Positions 52,505-64,000 of a DNA stretch of 64,000 bases are shown in pieces. Both the position numbers and the translations under genes were made by a program. Numbering within the stretch: position 1 is the first letter of the stretch; each line of letters opens with the position of its first letter. The notes under the pieces were generated by a model. It saw only the letters and a list, made by a program, of their open reading frames with translations. It made no database searches and was not told the DNA's origin. Origin of the DNA: Ginglymostoma cirratum (lineage: Eukaryota); the NCBI GenBank assembly GCA_024137785.1, contig JAHRHZ010000267.1:24512065-24576064 (forward strand). The letters are read 5' to 3'.

Positions 52505-53469
52505 GGATGATGGAAGTGAATGTCCTTTCATCATGTTTGTGGATACACAAAAGTAGGTGGGAAGTCAAGTGGTGAGGATGAAACAAAAAGTCTACAGAGG
52601 GATACAGACAGGTTAAGTAAGTCAGCAGAAACTTTCCAGATGCAATAAAATGTGGGAAAAGGTGTGATCATGCACTTTAGCAGGAAGAATAAAGGAAATA
52701 ATGTTATTTAAATGGAGTAAAGTTACACAAGGCTGCAGTATAGAGGGGTTTCAAAAAGCTGGCATACAAATTCAGCAGGTAATAGGGAATGCAAGTGGAA
52801 TATTGGCCTTTATTTCAAGGCCATATAAATATAAATTGTCATATAAATGGAGAAAACTTCTTAAAACTATTCAAGATACTAGTAAGACCATGCCTAGAAT
52901 ATTGTGGTGAGTTTTGCTCCCTTTATCTAGCAAAGTATATATTGGCATTGAGGCAGTCTAGAGAAGGTTCATTTGATTCATTCTAGGTGTGATCGATTTT
53001 CTTATGTGGAGAGATTGAGTACATTGGGCTCATGCTCATTTGAGTTTAGAAGAATGAGAGGTGGTCTTATGTGTTTCAATAAGATTCCTAGGAGCTTGAC
53101 AAGATAGATTTACAAAATTGTTTCCCCTTGTAGGAGAGTTGACGACAAGAAAGCATCATCTCAGATGAAAGGGTCTCTCAATTAGGATAGACATAAATTG
53201 GAACTTATGCTCTCAAAGAATACTGAATCTGTGTAATTCATTACCATAAAAGGCTGCAGAGTCTGGGCCGCTAAGTATACTCAAGGCTGAGATAGATTTT
53301 TAATCAGTAAGTAAATAATAGTGATGAGGAAAAGGCAGCAAAGTGAGTTGCAGGTTATCAATCAGCCATAATGGCATTGAACGGTAGAACAGAATTGTTG
53401 GCTCAACTGGCCTACTTATGTTCCTATGTCTTGTGATCTTATGGATGCAATGGAAGACCACAAACTGCA

Positions 53470-53597
53470 AAATAAAAATCAAAAGAACTGCAGATACTGT
53501 GAATCAGAAACAAAAACAGAAATTGCTGGAAAAGCTCAGCAGGTCCGCAGTATCTGTGGAGAGAAATCGGAGTTAATGGTTCAGGTCCAGTGACCCT
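53470..53597 (-). mobile_element. Penelope-like pLTR
   Basis: aagaactgcagatactg...cagaaattgctggaaaagctcagcagg...gagttaatggttcaggtccagtgaccc; reverse complement of the 33203 family. Confidence 0.75.
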
Positions 53598-53619
53598 AAG
53601 TTCCTTGTCAAGTCACACA

Positions 53620-53822
53620 TTGTCCTGACTTATAGGCATATCACCGCGCCTTCATGGAGTTAAAATCCTGAAATTCCTTTCCTTACAACTCTCTATGTGG
53701 CCCTACACTCCAAGGGTTGTAATGATTCACAAAGGTCACTCACCATTCCCTTTTCTAGTGCAATCATGGATGGGTAATAGATGTCAACTTCGTTAGCAGC
53801 ACTCGTATCCCAAACAAATAAT
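53620..53822 (+). mobile_element. 3' end of the second CR1/L2-group family
   Basis: tcctgactt...aaaatcctgaaattcc...ctcacca...ggatgggtaatagatg...atccca. Confidence 0.6.
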
Positions 53823-54559
53823 AAATTACCATGTGGCAGAACTTGAGTGCCAAAATCTAGGTCATTGTTCATCCAAGACTGCTTCATTGTTAACAATCTT
53901 AAGGCACTATTTAAAGAAGAAAGTCTGTCATTTGTTTTTCCTATGAGATCTTTGAGTGCGAGAAAGGTGGATGACTCAGCATCAATGCAGGGGATTATGC
54001 ATTTCCTACATAAAGGTTGCATTGCTTGATCATTGATAATCATTTTAGGCTCAAGTTTGGATGAAGATCTACAAAATTAATTCCTCTGGGGTATGGTTGT
54101 AGAGTGGTTCAGTTGAAACTCTTCTCCTGTTATTCGTACCGAATGAGATCCTCAGCACCTATAAATCTTTCCTGCTATTTCACCATTTCACTGTGGTCAT
54201 CTGGGATTTGTTTTGATTATGTTGTGTATTTCCCCCTTAATCAGCCCTTCCCAGAAGACTTACTAGTGGGTAAGGGCACTGGGGATCGTGACGCAGATTG
54301 ACTGTTTGATGGAGCAGTTTGTCTTTTTCTAGTCCATTAGTTTGACATTCTTGTATGATGGAAAGATATCAGATTGCTAGGCTGGTTTGAGTAGCTATGC
54401 ACAACCACAAGTTGAGTATTTGAGTACACGGAAGACCATGCTACCAGATTTCCCTCATGTATTTAACTGTCACTTGCCGAAACTGACTGGACTCAAATCT
54501 AAACTCTTACTGTAAACTGTTGTACTAATAAACAGGGGACCAGACATAATTCAATGCTA

Positions 54560-55400
54560 CATGCTCATTTGTGTACCGGTCAGTAAGATCATGAAGGGGA
54601 TCCCTGACTGAGAGAAGACAGCATTGATTTTTATTTTAATGGGAAGATTGGGCAGATAAACAGAATGAACCGCATGACAGAGTTTGTAATTTCATTTATA
54701 TCATCATACATTGACTACAGTATGACCTAATTTGTGTCTCTCACTAATATGTTTCAACGAGCTCTAATATATTCATGAGTTATTATACATAATTATAAGG
54801 TACTGTCAGAGATACACAATTATTCTATCCATGCAAACTTTTCTTTCCCTCTTTGAAGACTGTTGATCTGATCCTATAGGAATATTCTCTTTAAAACTGA
54901 TGTATTCTCCTAGCTGTTGGAGACACCGCATTGATGTCATTATTATCAACGTGAATTCCGTTTTTCTGAAACTCTCAGGGGAATGTTAACCATGTCAGAC
55001 AAAACAAGGTGCCGAAACCAAATTAATCTCATCACTCTGACAGGAGGGAAGTTGGATTTAAAACAGTCCCATCTCTCTGAGAAACAAGCCTTCTTTTAGC
55101 TCAGCCACGTTTGAATAATTAATTACCAATATCATTATGTAGTCATTACATGTCATAACAATATATCTGAGAGGTGAAACTTAATATTCTGAACTGAGCA
55201 CGGAGGAAGGCTGCACAGAAAATGCCAATTAAATATTGATACAGACTAATTGGGCACAGGATTTATGACACATATTGCCTTTGTTCTGCTTTTCAATATG
55301 TGAACTCTTCAAAGTACAAAGTCCTCTCATATCAGCTCTCACAGACTCATCATGTTTGTACATTTAACCCTCAAAAATATGACAGGCAAGCGGAGTTTTA
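54560..55400. promoter_or_regulatory. Candidate conserved non-coding element cluster
   Basis: Repeat-free, with many TAAT/TAATTA, ATTTATGAC (Hox/Cdx-like) and TGACAG (Meis) motifs and some retained CpG. Confidence 0.4.
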
Positions 55401-56173
55401 AAAAGGTGAGCAGAAACTTGCTATAAATAAAGATTGACTGCTTTGTTTCTACTACCTTGTTGTAGCCCTCAGGACCAGGGACATTTAGAATGCTGGAGAC
55501 AGGTCAGGATTAGGGATTACATACCCTTAATTGCAGTCAATTTGCAAATTCATTGGCTATTCATGCACTTTGTGTCTGCTGTGTAAATGCACTTCCACGT
55601 CATAGTACGTTGATACTACACACAAAGCTAGAAAGCAATGTGATTACATACACACAGGGATCTATAAAGACAGCAAGGGGAAATAGACATCTCTGAACAA
55701 TAAATGTAATACATGAGTAAAATAGCAAAAGTATATCAATGCGAAACCTAAACTGTCTCAAACAGAATCAAGAATGTTTATTTGAATGGGGAAATTGAAA
55801 AGAAATACATTAGCATAGAATGAATACAATGAAAAGCAACAAAAATGTACAAAAGTGAAAAATTACAAACATTATGCAAATAGTTATGTTGTAGTTTCTG
55901 GAAAACAATACTGCATGTTAACCAGAAAAGTATAAGCCACTCAGAAGATAAGTGAAACTAAGTAACTGACAGGCCAATGAAAGTTTGTTCCATATTGCAA
56001 AGAGAAGCTGGCGCTATATCATTTGAGACATAAACCTGAGTAAGCATGAACATTTCCTGAAATACAGCTAGAAGAATGTACAGAATTTCAAAAGTTGGGT
56101 TTGGAAACCTTCATCTTATCAGAGGAGGGGTGGCAATTGAACATTATGCGACACAAAATGGACTTTTGTTCCT

Positions 56174-56300
56174 TGAATAAATAGGGAGAGAGGGGGAGTC
56201 AAGTTTTCTTGCTCCTATGATGCTGCTTGGCCTGCTGTGTTCATCCAGCCCCATGCCTTGTTATCTCGGATTCTCCAGCATCTGCAGTACCTTTTATCTC
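56174..56300 (+). mobile_element. Penelope-like pLTR insertion with an inverted 5' piece
   Basis: 14-bp TSD GGACTTTTGTTCCT at 56160-56173 and 56301-56314. The first ~24 nt (aataaatagggagagaggggga) match 63532-63553 in the opposite sense to the rest of the insert. Confidence 0.85.
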
Positions 56301-57049
56301 GGACTTTTGTTCCTGTGTTTTGGGTGCAAATTGGCCTCCTAACCCTTGAAAATGTTGCCTGAGATGTGCATTTCCAGTGGTAATGGGATATAACCACATG
56401 TGCCTAATGACTGCTGCAGTATGAACAGCAGGGAGATTATGATATAAATCTGGGTGCAAAGCTGATTTGGTGCCAGCACTGTCTTTTCAAATGCAGCCTA
56501 TGGTCTGCCTTAACCTCGTATAGCTGAGCACAAGGCTAAATGATGCAAAAGATGCCCACCAGCACTACTTAAAATTATCACAATCTACCCATAGGTTAGC
56601 CACTGGATTATTTCTTCTAGCAATCCTGTGTATTTTTGGAACTGTCCTATATTTGTCTAAAGTTTCAATGACCTACAGAGCGCGGCCTGACTGATACCAA
56701 AGGACTTTGTTGGTGAGTTAAAAGCTAGTGCTGAAAGTTGCTTCCACACATGTGTGACTTGACAGGTTTTCCTCTTGGCAATTAAGCATGACTGTGAGAA
56801 TGACCTGAAACAAGTTGCTAGAAGAGGGAGGAAGAGGGAGAAAATGGCACTCTGGAGAAGGTCACATCCGCTAGGATTTTAGGCAGCAATTCACTTATTT
56901 CAATTTCAGTATTAATCAAACATATTCAATTTATTTAAGAAACCATGACTAAAATCTGCCAACTACTGCAGCCACAACAGACAACAGATACCTCAAGGCA
57001 GAGCTTGGTCTACATTGCCTGCAGTAAGCCCGCACTATCCATTTAAGAT

Positions 57050-59225
57050 TTGGACCACAGAGAGGTGCTTCTTCATTTCCAGTTCTTTTCTGTTCCTTCC
57101 TTTTACAAGTGTCTTACCTTGCAAGAACAAGAAAAATGGGTTGGGGGTCTGATGTGGATATTTTATCAACATTACTTTCAGTTTCCAACCTTCTCTCATC
57201 CACACATTATCTATCTCTGTTTCTACCCTTTCTGTCATCTGCTTCTTAGCCTATCCTCGAACTGAAGACAATCAACGAATATTCACAGTAAGCACATTGT
57301 CACCCATAGCCATCTCTACTTCAATCCTTCACACCCTTTTCCCTTTAAGAACTCCATTTTAATCATCATTTCCCTCTATCATTTCTTTTCTGATGATGAA
57401 ACATTCCATATTGGTGCCTACTTTTTCCTCAACAGAGGACACCCCTAACCCGTCTGAAGAAGAGTCATATTGGACTCGTATTGTTTACCCTATTTCTTTC
57501 TCCATGTTTCCTTTGGCATTTTCTTTGATTGTTTCAGGCTTCCAGCATCCATAGAATTTTTTATTTGAGTGTGTAACTACCGCTTCTCTTCCTTGAAGAA
57601 ATTCTGCTCTTGTCTCCAATATGATTTCTCTTTCTTTCTTTTATCTTGTTCACCTTCATTGCTTTCTCTTTCCCTCAAGTGTTTGATAAAATGTTTGCCA
57701 AAACTCTCTTGCACAGCCACATCTCCCTTCTCAGTGACTGCCTCCAGCTCTGCATTGCCCCATTTGTATTCCAACTCAAGTTCAACCCTGCATGTTTTGA
57801 ATCCACCCGAGATTACAGTTATCTCTGGATCTGCAACACTCCTCAGGCAAGTGGTTCTGCTGCATCCTGAGATCCACTCTCAGTGCCCAGAGCTGCCACA
57901 TGCACACTCTCGAACTCTCTCTCCATCAGCACTGCTTCAAGAATCTCTTTGCTGTCCTGGTCTCCAGTCCCATTTCATTCATTGTCTCATTCAATGGCTT
58001 AAAATGAAACTTTTTCTTTTCCTTTCAGATGTAAAGGAACACAAGTTCCAAAAAGAAAAGTTACAAAGAAAGGTCATATCAGACTCAAAACATTAAGTGC
58101 TTTCTCTCACCACATTAGCCGCCAGACTTGCTGATGTTCTCCGGTTTCCGCTCTTTTCCCAGATTTTGAGCATTTGTAGTAAATCACTTTTATTCTCCAA
58201 CACTACGGTTAACATTCCATTTGCTGTACATTTGCATTGACATATTCTCCTTCCTGCCAGAACAATGATAGGGTTCCCCTTGCTCCCTTCCCCTTTCCCC
58301 TTCCACAGTACCCTAGCATACGCATACTCAAGTAATGATCCTTCACCATTTACACTACCTTCAGCACAATACAGCCATCAAACATACCATTCTGTCCCCT
58401 CACTTCATCGTTCTGAAGGAATTGCTTCCTCCGCAATACCCTGAGCTATTTCTCCTTGACCCTGAACAATGACATGCCTTCCCACAATGCCTTTCATCCG
58501 AGCATAGGAGATGCAACACCTACTTTTTTACCTCCTCTTTTCTCACTATTAAAGTCCAAACACTCCTTCGTGGTGAAATGGCTATTTATTTGTATGTCCT
58601 AGAATTTAATATTTTGTATTCACTGTTCACAATGTGGTCTGCTCTGCAACAGAGAGCTCAAATGCAGATTGGGCAACCACTTTGTAGAACATCTCAAGTT
58701 TAATTGATAACATGACCCTGAGCTCTGGTGACCTGTCATTACAATTCTCTCATTGGGGCACATGCTGACTTCCCTGTTTTCAGCCTCCTGTTGTGTTCCA
58801 ATAATCTAAATACAAGCTCAAGGAACAGCAGCTCTTCTCTCAAGTAAGCACTTCTGAGACCCCTTCTGCACCCAGGTTTCAGTTCAACAATTCTTTCTCC
58901 ATGGATGCTGTGATTTCCAGCAATTTTGGTTTCAACTCAAATTACAATATTTGCACATGCTTTGCTTCCTTTTAGCTTTGAAAGTTTTAGTTTTAACTCC
59001 TTTTCTCCTGTTTATACTTTTGAATGACTAATATTTATCAAATCACACCTCCTTTTCTGTATCTTTTATTGGCTTGTTCCTGCTTATTTTGGCCATACAC
59101 TATGAACCTTTATTGTTATTTAACATCACCTGTCTTCAATTCTATAGCAGACTTTCTCCTCCTGCTCTTTTTTGCATCCTTCTTATCTTTTACAAATTCT
59201 GATGGAAGGTCATCAACCTGAATGG
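57050..59225 (+). mobile_element. Decayed Penelope-like retroelement mosaic (RT, N-terminus, GIY-YIG, pLTRs)
   Basis: RT-like FINITFSFQPSL and STNIHSK...SH...NPSHP..FKNSI (57160-57360); N-terminal QVFDKMFAKTLLHSHISLLSDCL; GIY-YIG NLIFCIHCSQCGLLCNRELKCRLGNHFVEHL (58603-58695); hammerhead remnants at 57454 and 59199. Confidence 0.8.
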
Positions 59226-59599
59226 TTGGGCTGACCTTTACCAGCCCAAGTGGACTACAAGATAATGGGAAGTTTCCCAATGGTGAGCTACAGGGCAGAT
59301 TGGCAGCCTGCTTCATGGAGTTAATCTGTATAATCAAGGTCCCACTTAACAGCAACAATACCAGTCCTCTAGCAATTTGCCAATAGCAGGGGATCCTTGC
59401 CCCGTGCAGAGGCTGTGCATACTTCCTCAAATATGCCTTTTTGAGGCAGTCTAGGCCAAGTGCTGCCATTTGCCCCACAAATGGGCTGTAGGCACCAGAA
59501 GCTCAATGATCCACCCTGCAGGGGTTTATCCTGATACAGCACAACGTACTGGTCCTGAACATCCTGCATTTAATTTTTTTTTACCTGTGTGAGAACACT

Positions 59600-62460
59600 T
59601 CTATTTTCGGAAACACTGACCTTGTAAGGTGAATCCTCATTATGACTTATCCAGTAGATTCACTGGCCTCTCCTGTCTTTTCTCTCAAGGATCTGCAGGG
59701 CTTGTTTGGTCTAGTGCAGTAGAGGAAAATGACTTGTTAGTCCAACGAGAAGAGCATGTCATCTCAAACAAGATGTACTTTATGCGTGACGGTGACCAGG
59801 TTAATATGATAGACATCATTACATTGTGTATGAGGAACACCCAGATGGTATGCCTTACAAATTCAAGATCCTGATCTGTTTTACCACCAACTGTTTATAA
59901 TATCAAAATAGTGGGTGTGGTTTAAGGCATTAAAGCTTTCAGCCTGTTACATCTGTACATCCTCCTTCAATCTTTTTTCCAAAATATAAGTATTTATACA
60001 TTTGTATAAATAATCACTTTTACCACTAGCCCAACGTCCAGTAAGTCTCTCCTCCACAAATTCAGTGTCTGGAGGTTTCACATTTCTCTCAGAATCTATT
60101 CTGTTAAGACTTGGAAGATTGATAGGACATCTAATGGAAGACCATTTATTTTAATTCTGTTCCTGACAGTACAAGGTCCACAAGTCTTTTTAAACTGGAG
60201 GACATTCTACTGCTTGGATTTCCTTCACTGAGTATGTCTTTACTGCTAAAACAGGTAATTGCTTCATTATAATATCTGAAGGAGTTTTAATGTCATGAAT
60301 TTCCATTGAGGAGGCCTGCCCGCTTAAACAGACACTTTCTTGATACAGTAGCTTGGATCTCCAAACTAGGCAATTATGTTTGACTGTGTCCTAAATCTGT
60401 CAAGATTGGTTGTCCTGTCTCAGGTTGCCTTCCACGGGATTGTACACACCCAAACTGCAACCTGTATGACCAGAGTTCTTTTCTCAATCTGCTAGTAAAT
60501 CAATGTTGAAGAGTGTAGATCCTTTACTTCAATCTATTTACTAGGTTGGACAATTTCATTCGCCCTCAGTGGATGCATTACTGTAAATCCAACATGTCAC
60601 CTCCTCGGGTTTGTGATTTGAGGATTGTTTCTTGCTCTACGTAATCTCTGTCACTGTCATTATCATCGAGAATTCATTCTGTGAATGTAAAAAAAAAATT
60701 TACTTGGACTTTACTGGTTGCAACACCTGACATTAGACTCAAACCTGTCAACAGTGTTGCACTCTGAATTACATCATTTCAAGATAATCAAGGGGCCCAA
60801 GCAAAATATATTCCTAATTAGCTTTTGATTGCTTACATTCTATTGCTGATTCTTGCAATCTGACTCTTCAGTGTTGATTGCAATGGATAATATTTCTGCC
60901 AATCCTGCATAGTCAGGTTTCCACCTTGCTGACAGTTATGAGACAAATTTGCTGATGCCAATATAGTTAATCTCACTGGTATCAGTCTTTATTTGGGTTC
61001 CAGCATGAATCTCAGGAGCCTTACGTAATCGTCTAATGGCTGTCCTTTTGCAGGTTGCTCTATAACTTGCTCTTCAGTGACCAAATGATTTTTGATTTGT
61101 TTTGTTCCACGTTTGGCTATTCCTTGACCATTTGTCCCATGACTGGTTGTTCCTTAATCAGTGGTTTCTCAACTTCAACCATTTGGCTTCTTCCCCTATT
61201 TGAACAAGATTTACATTCAAAAACGCATTCATGCTTATGTGTGCTAGTTCTTGATTGTGAAGTATATATAAATTCTCTACCACATACCACTCCTTGTGCT
61301 GGTGTATTTCTAGCAACATATCTTTAACTGCTATACCTCTTGAATCATGTAGTTGCACTGTATCTAAGCTGTAAACAGTGTTTCTTCAATCATGCTACAC
61401 TGTCCTATAATATGATGATGCTTGCCCCTGTATAAAGTTTATAATTAATGAAAAGTCCATTGACATGAATATCCTCATCAAAAATATACAGTCTACGTTA
61501 TTTATTTCCATAGGTCTGCCTTTAGCTTTTCCTCTATTTTAGTCTGTTCTACTTCATGAATGTCTTTGTGTGAGTTGCTATTTGACTTCTTGTTGCTCTG
61601 TGGCTGCATCCTATTTTGACACATTTTCTGAAAATGACCTATTGCTTTACAGATAAATCACTATTTTTTAAAAATGGACACGGTTCATACCTGTGAGGTT
61701 TCCATGTTCCACAGGACTGATGCCTGTGCTCTTCACTGCACTATTTTTGCATGTATGTCTTCAGGGGTTGTGCACTTTAACCATTGAACTAATTCTTCTG
61801 ATTCCCAGTGATAAGGTTGATCTTCTTTTAGTTTGACCAGTGTTGTTTCTGATCCTCTGCTTCACTCACCATCGGTATTGTTTTCTCTGGAGTCACATCA
61901 TCTTTTAGCTGTATTAAATCTGACAAAGGCTCAGCAGCAATTCCAATAACAATCTGTCTCTTAGTATTCTAACTTTAAATCTCAACAAGCAGTTTTCCAC
62001 TAACCTTTAGAGATAATTCATTAAATTATCTGTGGATTCCCCTGCATATTGAACATTTAGAGTAAATATTTAAAGAATACTTTTTGTTCTGAGATTAAAA
62101 ATTGTTAAAGGGTTTACCAACTTCAGCAAATGCAGAGATAACAAGGTGTGGAGCTGGATGAACACAGCAGGCCAGCTCCACACCTTGTTATCTTGGATTC
62201 TCCAGCATCTGCAGTACCTATTATCTCAGCAAATGTAGCTTTTTTAAAAAGACACTGTATCCAGCTATAATGTCATCAGATGTCCTCCCAATTGTGTAGA
62301 AAAATGAACTTACTTGTTCAGCTGCTGACTTAGCACAGAATTTGGAAGCAATTCTGTATCTTAAGAATTATTTTTGTCAAAATGTCCAACACTGTTCTAG
62401 TTGCCCTTCCTCTGAATGGATATCTTCCTAGACATATTATTTACGCTACCATCTCTTGCC
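59600..62460 (-). mobile_element. Decayed Ty3/Gypsy gag-pol
   Basis: Gag FLRYRIASKFCAKSAAEQVSSFFYTIG (~62290-62370); zinc knuckle *FICKAIGHFQKMC (61618-61660); protease VNGLFINYKLYTGASII (DTGA to YTGA, 61414-61464); RT-connection INYIGISKFVS*LS; integrase ALMP*TTP. LTRs not identified. Confidence 0.8.
62133..62225. mobile_element. Penelope-like pLTR hairpin micro-insertion inside the Gypsy gag
   Basis: Perfect 22-bp inverted arms agataacaaggtgtggagctgg / ccagctccacaccttgttatct. 10-bp TSD TCAGCAAATG at 62123-62132 and 62226-62235. Confidence 0.85.
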
Positions 62461-63408
62461 AAAGTGATGAGTTAGTTTTCTTTCTTCAAATAATTTGAAT
62501 TCTGCAGGAAAGCAGTTTTGCTGTTGTGTACTGCTAAACTGGAAGTTTTTCCCAGGGTTTTATGGTCAAAACTGAGGATCCCTGTCTGCTTAAAATAGAA
62601 TGGATAATTCCTACCTTCTGTAAGTAAGCTTAATTATTGATTCTTTGGTGAGTAAAATAGAAGTTCCTGGCTTTTGTGCAGCTTTTCTTTGTGAATCCTA
62701 CTAGCTATGGCCTTAATAAGTGATTATGATTTTCTTAACAGCTTTACCAAATAAAGTCTGCTCTTTACGGCCCCAGAAGATGAATTCCATTCCTTTAATG
62801 CCTTTTCCTAGATAATTCCCACAGTCTACAGCATTTAATAATAATCCCCTTTCTCATTGTTTTTTCCCCTGGAGGAATCCCATTGCCTGCAGTTTAAATA
62901 GCCATAGTTTAAGTCATTTTCTGTAGCCTCAACAGACTCTTAACTTTCTTCATCCCTAAGGCTTCGTCTGTTTGGGCCTCTAAATTGCCATTTCACAGCT
63001 TTAACTTTGGCTTTATGGTATTCCTGGGTCTGTGATATCAGTTTAAACTGCTTCTGTGCTTCTTGCTTTTCCTTACTTTAGCTGTGCCTCATGGAGCTCA
63101 CTCGCTACAGAAGAGATGCTTGGTTTAAGCTGGAAGTACTTTGATTAATTTTACCTGTAAACTGCACCTTGTTTTAAGTACTGCCTCTGCTCACCAGAGA
63201 TTTCAACTTTATTCACACAGCCTCCAATGACCATTCACTCTCCAAATAAACATGCTCGAAATTGCTCCTACACTTCATTGGCACCTGATGAAATGGAACT
63301 GGGGACCAAGACACCTTAGAGACAGCGTGAGGCTTATGGAGAGAGAGGCCAAGAGTGTGCATGTGGCGGCGCATAGCACTAAGTATGAATCACAGGATGT
63401 GGAGAGAG

Positions 63409-63563
63409 CTAGGATAACAAGCGTGGGGCTGGATGAACACAGCAGGTCAAGCAGCATCATAGGAGCAGGAAAACTTGACGTTTCGGGCCTAGACCATTCA
63501 TCAGAAATGGGGGAGGGTAAGAGGGTTCTGAAATAAATAGGGAGAGAGGGGGAGGTGGATAGA
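63409..63563 (-). mobile_element. Young Penelope-like pLTR inserted in the older PLE
   Basis: Near-identical to the 13812 arm, with an upstream purine-rich segment. No clear TSD. Confidence 0.85.
63477..63504 (-). ncRNA. Minimal hammerhead ribozyme motif (PLE-associated)
   Basis: Minus strand: attt-CTGATGA-A-TGGTC-TA-GGCCC-GAAA-CGTC-aagt. Helix I ATTT/AAGT is possible; the first helix II pair is mismatched. Confidence 0.7.
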
Positions 63564-64000
63564 GGATTTTCTGAGGGTCTGAGGAGTGTTATATGTCTTT
63601 GAGATACCTGTAATCCTGGTTGCCTTCGAGACATGAAGGATGGACTTCAGTCAAAAGGAACGTGACTGAGGCAGAGCCAGAGACAGTCACTGAGCTAGAT
63701 CTAGCTGTGAAAACAAATTTTGGCAAATACTTTATCAAACACGAGGAGAAACACAGAAAGCAGCAAAGGTTAACAAGCTGAAAGATTCAAGTGGAAAGCC
63801 TATCAGAGAGAAGAGCAGAACTTCTTCAAGGTGGATATATCAAGAAGACAAGTGCTGCAAATTTAAAACTCAAATAAAAGCAAAATACTGCAAATGCTAG
63901 AGATTTTAAGTAAAACAGAAAATGGTAGAGAAGCCCAGCACACCTGGCATTACCTGTTGAGAGAGGAACAATGTTTTCTTAGCTGGACCAACATTTATTA

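Larger units (their letters stand above)
50235..53442 (+). mobile_element. Long CR1 LINE ORF2 relic (endonuclease, RT, 3' tail), interrupted
   Basis: EN-like NNKGKKTLV..YRPPN and LENNDHNMLEF; RT-like NCRSVILTSVIGKLL...QYGCMKRKTCLTNL...VDVIYLSFQK; LVRPCLEYC; tail ...ttcctatgtcttgtgatcttat. Confidence 0.9.
63285..63980 (-). mobile_element. Old Penelope-like element 5' region (pLTR plus ORF N-terminus)
   Basis: Minus strand LLVFDKVFAKICFHS...LSDCL is homologous to 57670-57740; pLTR relic at 63870-63980. Confidence 0.7.

Overview
Vertebrate, non-genic DNA, most likely from a shark. The repeat set (HE1 V-SINE, HER1-type CR1 LINEs, a SacSINE1/Deu-type SINE and one Penelope pLTR family) points to an elasmobranch, possibly a carpet shark; this is inference. 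No host protein-coding exon is supported, and every ORF with recognisable motifs is transposon-derived. The window has four layers. (1) A ~6.3 kb repeat-poor, AT-rich block at the start that retains CpG and carries a REST/RE1-like site and a GC-box+TATA, like a non-methylated domain near a developmental gene. (2) Several repeat-free, homeodomain-motif-rich islands that look like conserved non-coding enhancers in a gene desert. (3) Dense transposon debris: CR1 LINEs (three nested insertions), tRNA SINEs, PIF/Harbinger transposase and spliced Myb/SANT relics, a decayed Gypsy gag-pol and a probable solo LTR. (4) More than a dozen Penelope-like (PLE) pieces. The most distinctive signal is a young family of very short (70-530 bp), non-coding PLE pLTR insertions. 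They carry minimal hammerhead ribozyme cores or break at them, are often arranged as inverted arms, and five copies have their own 7-15 bp target-site duplication. There is a 400-N gap at 13897-14296. Family names come from recalled consensus features and need Dfam/Repbase confirmation.
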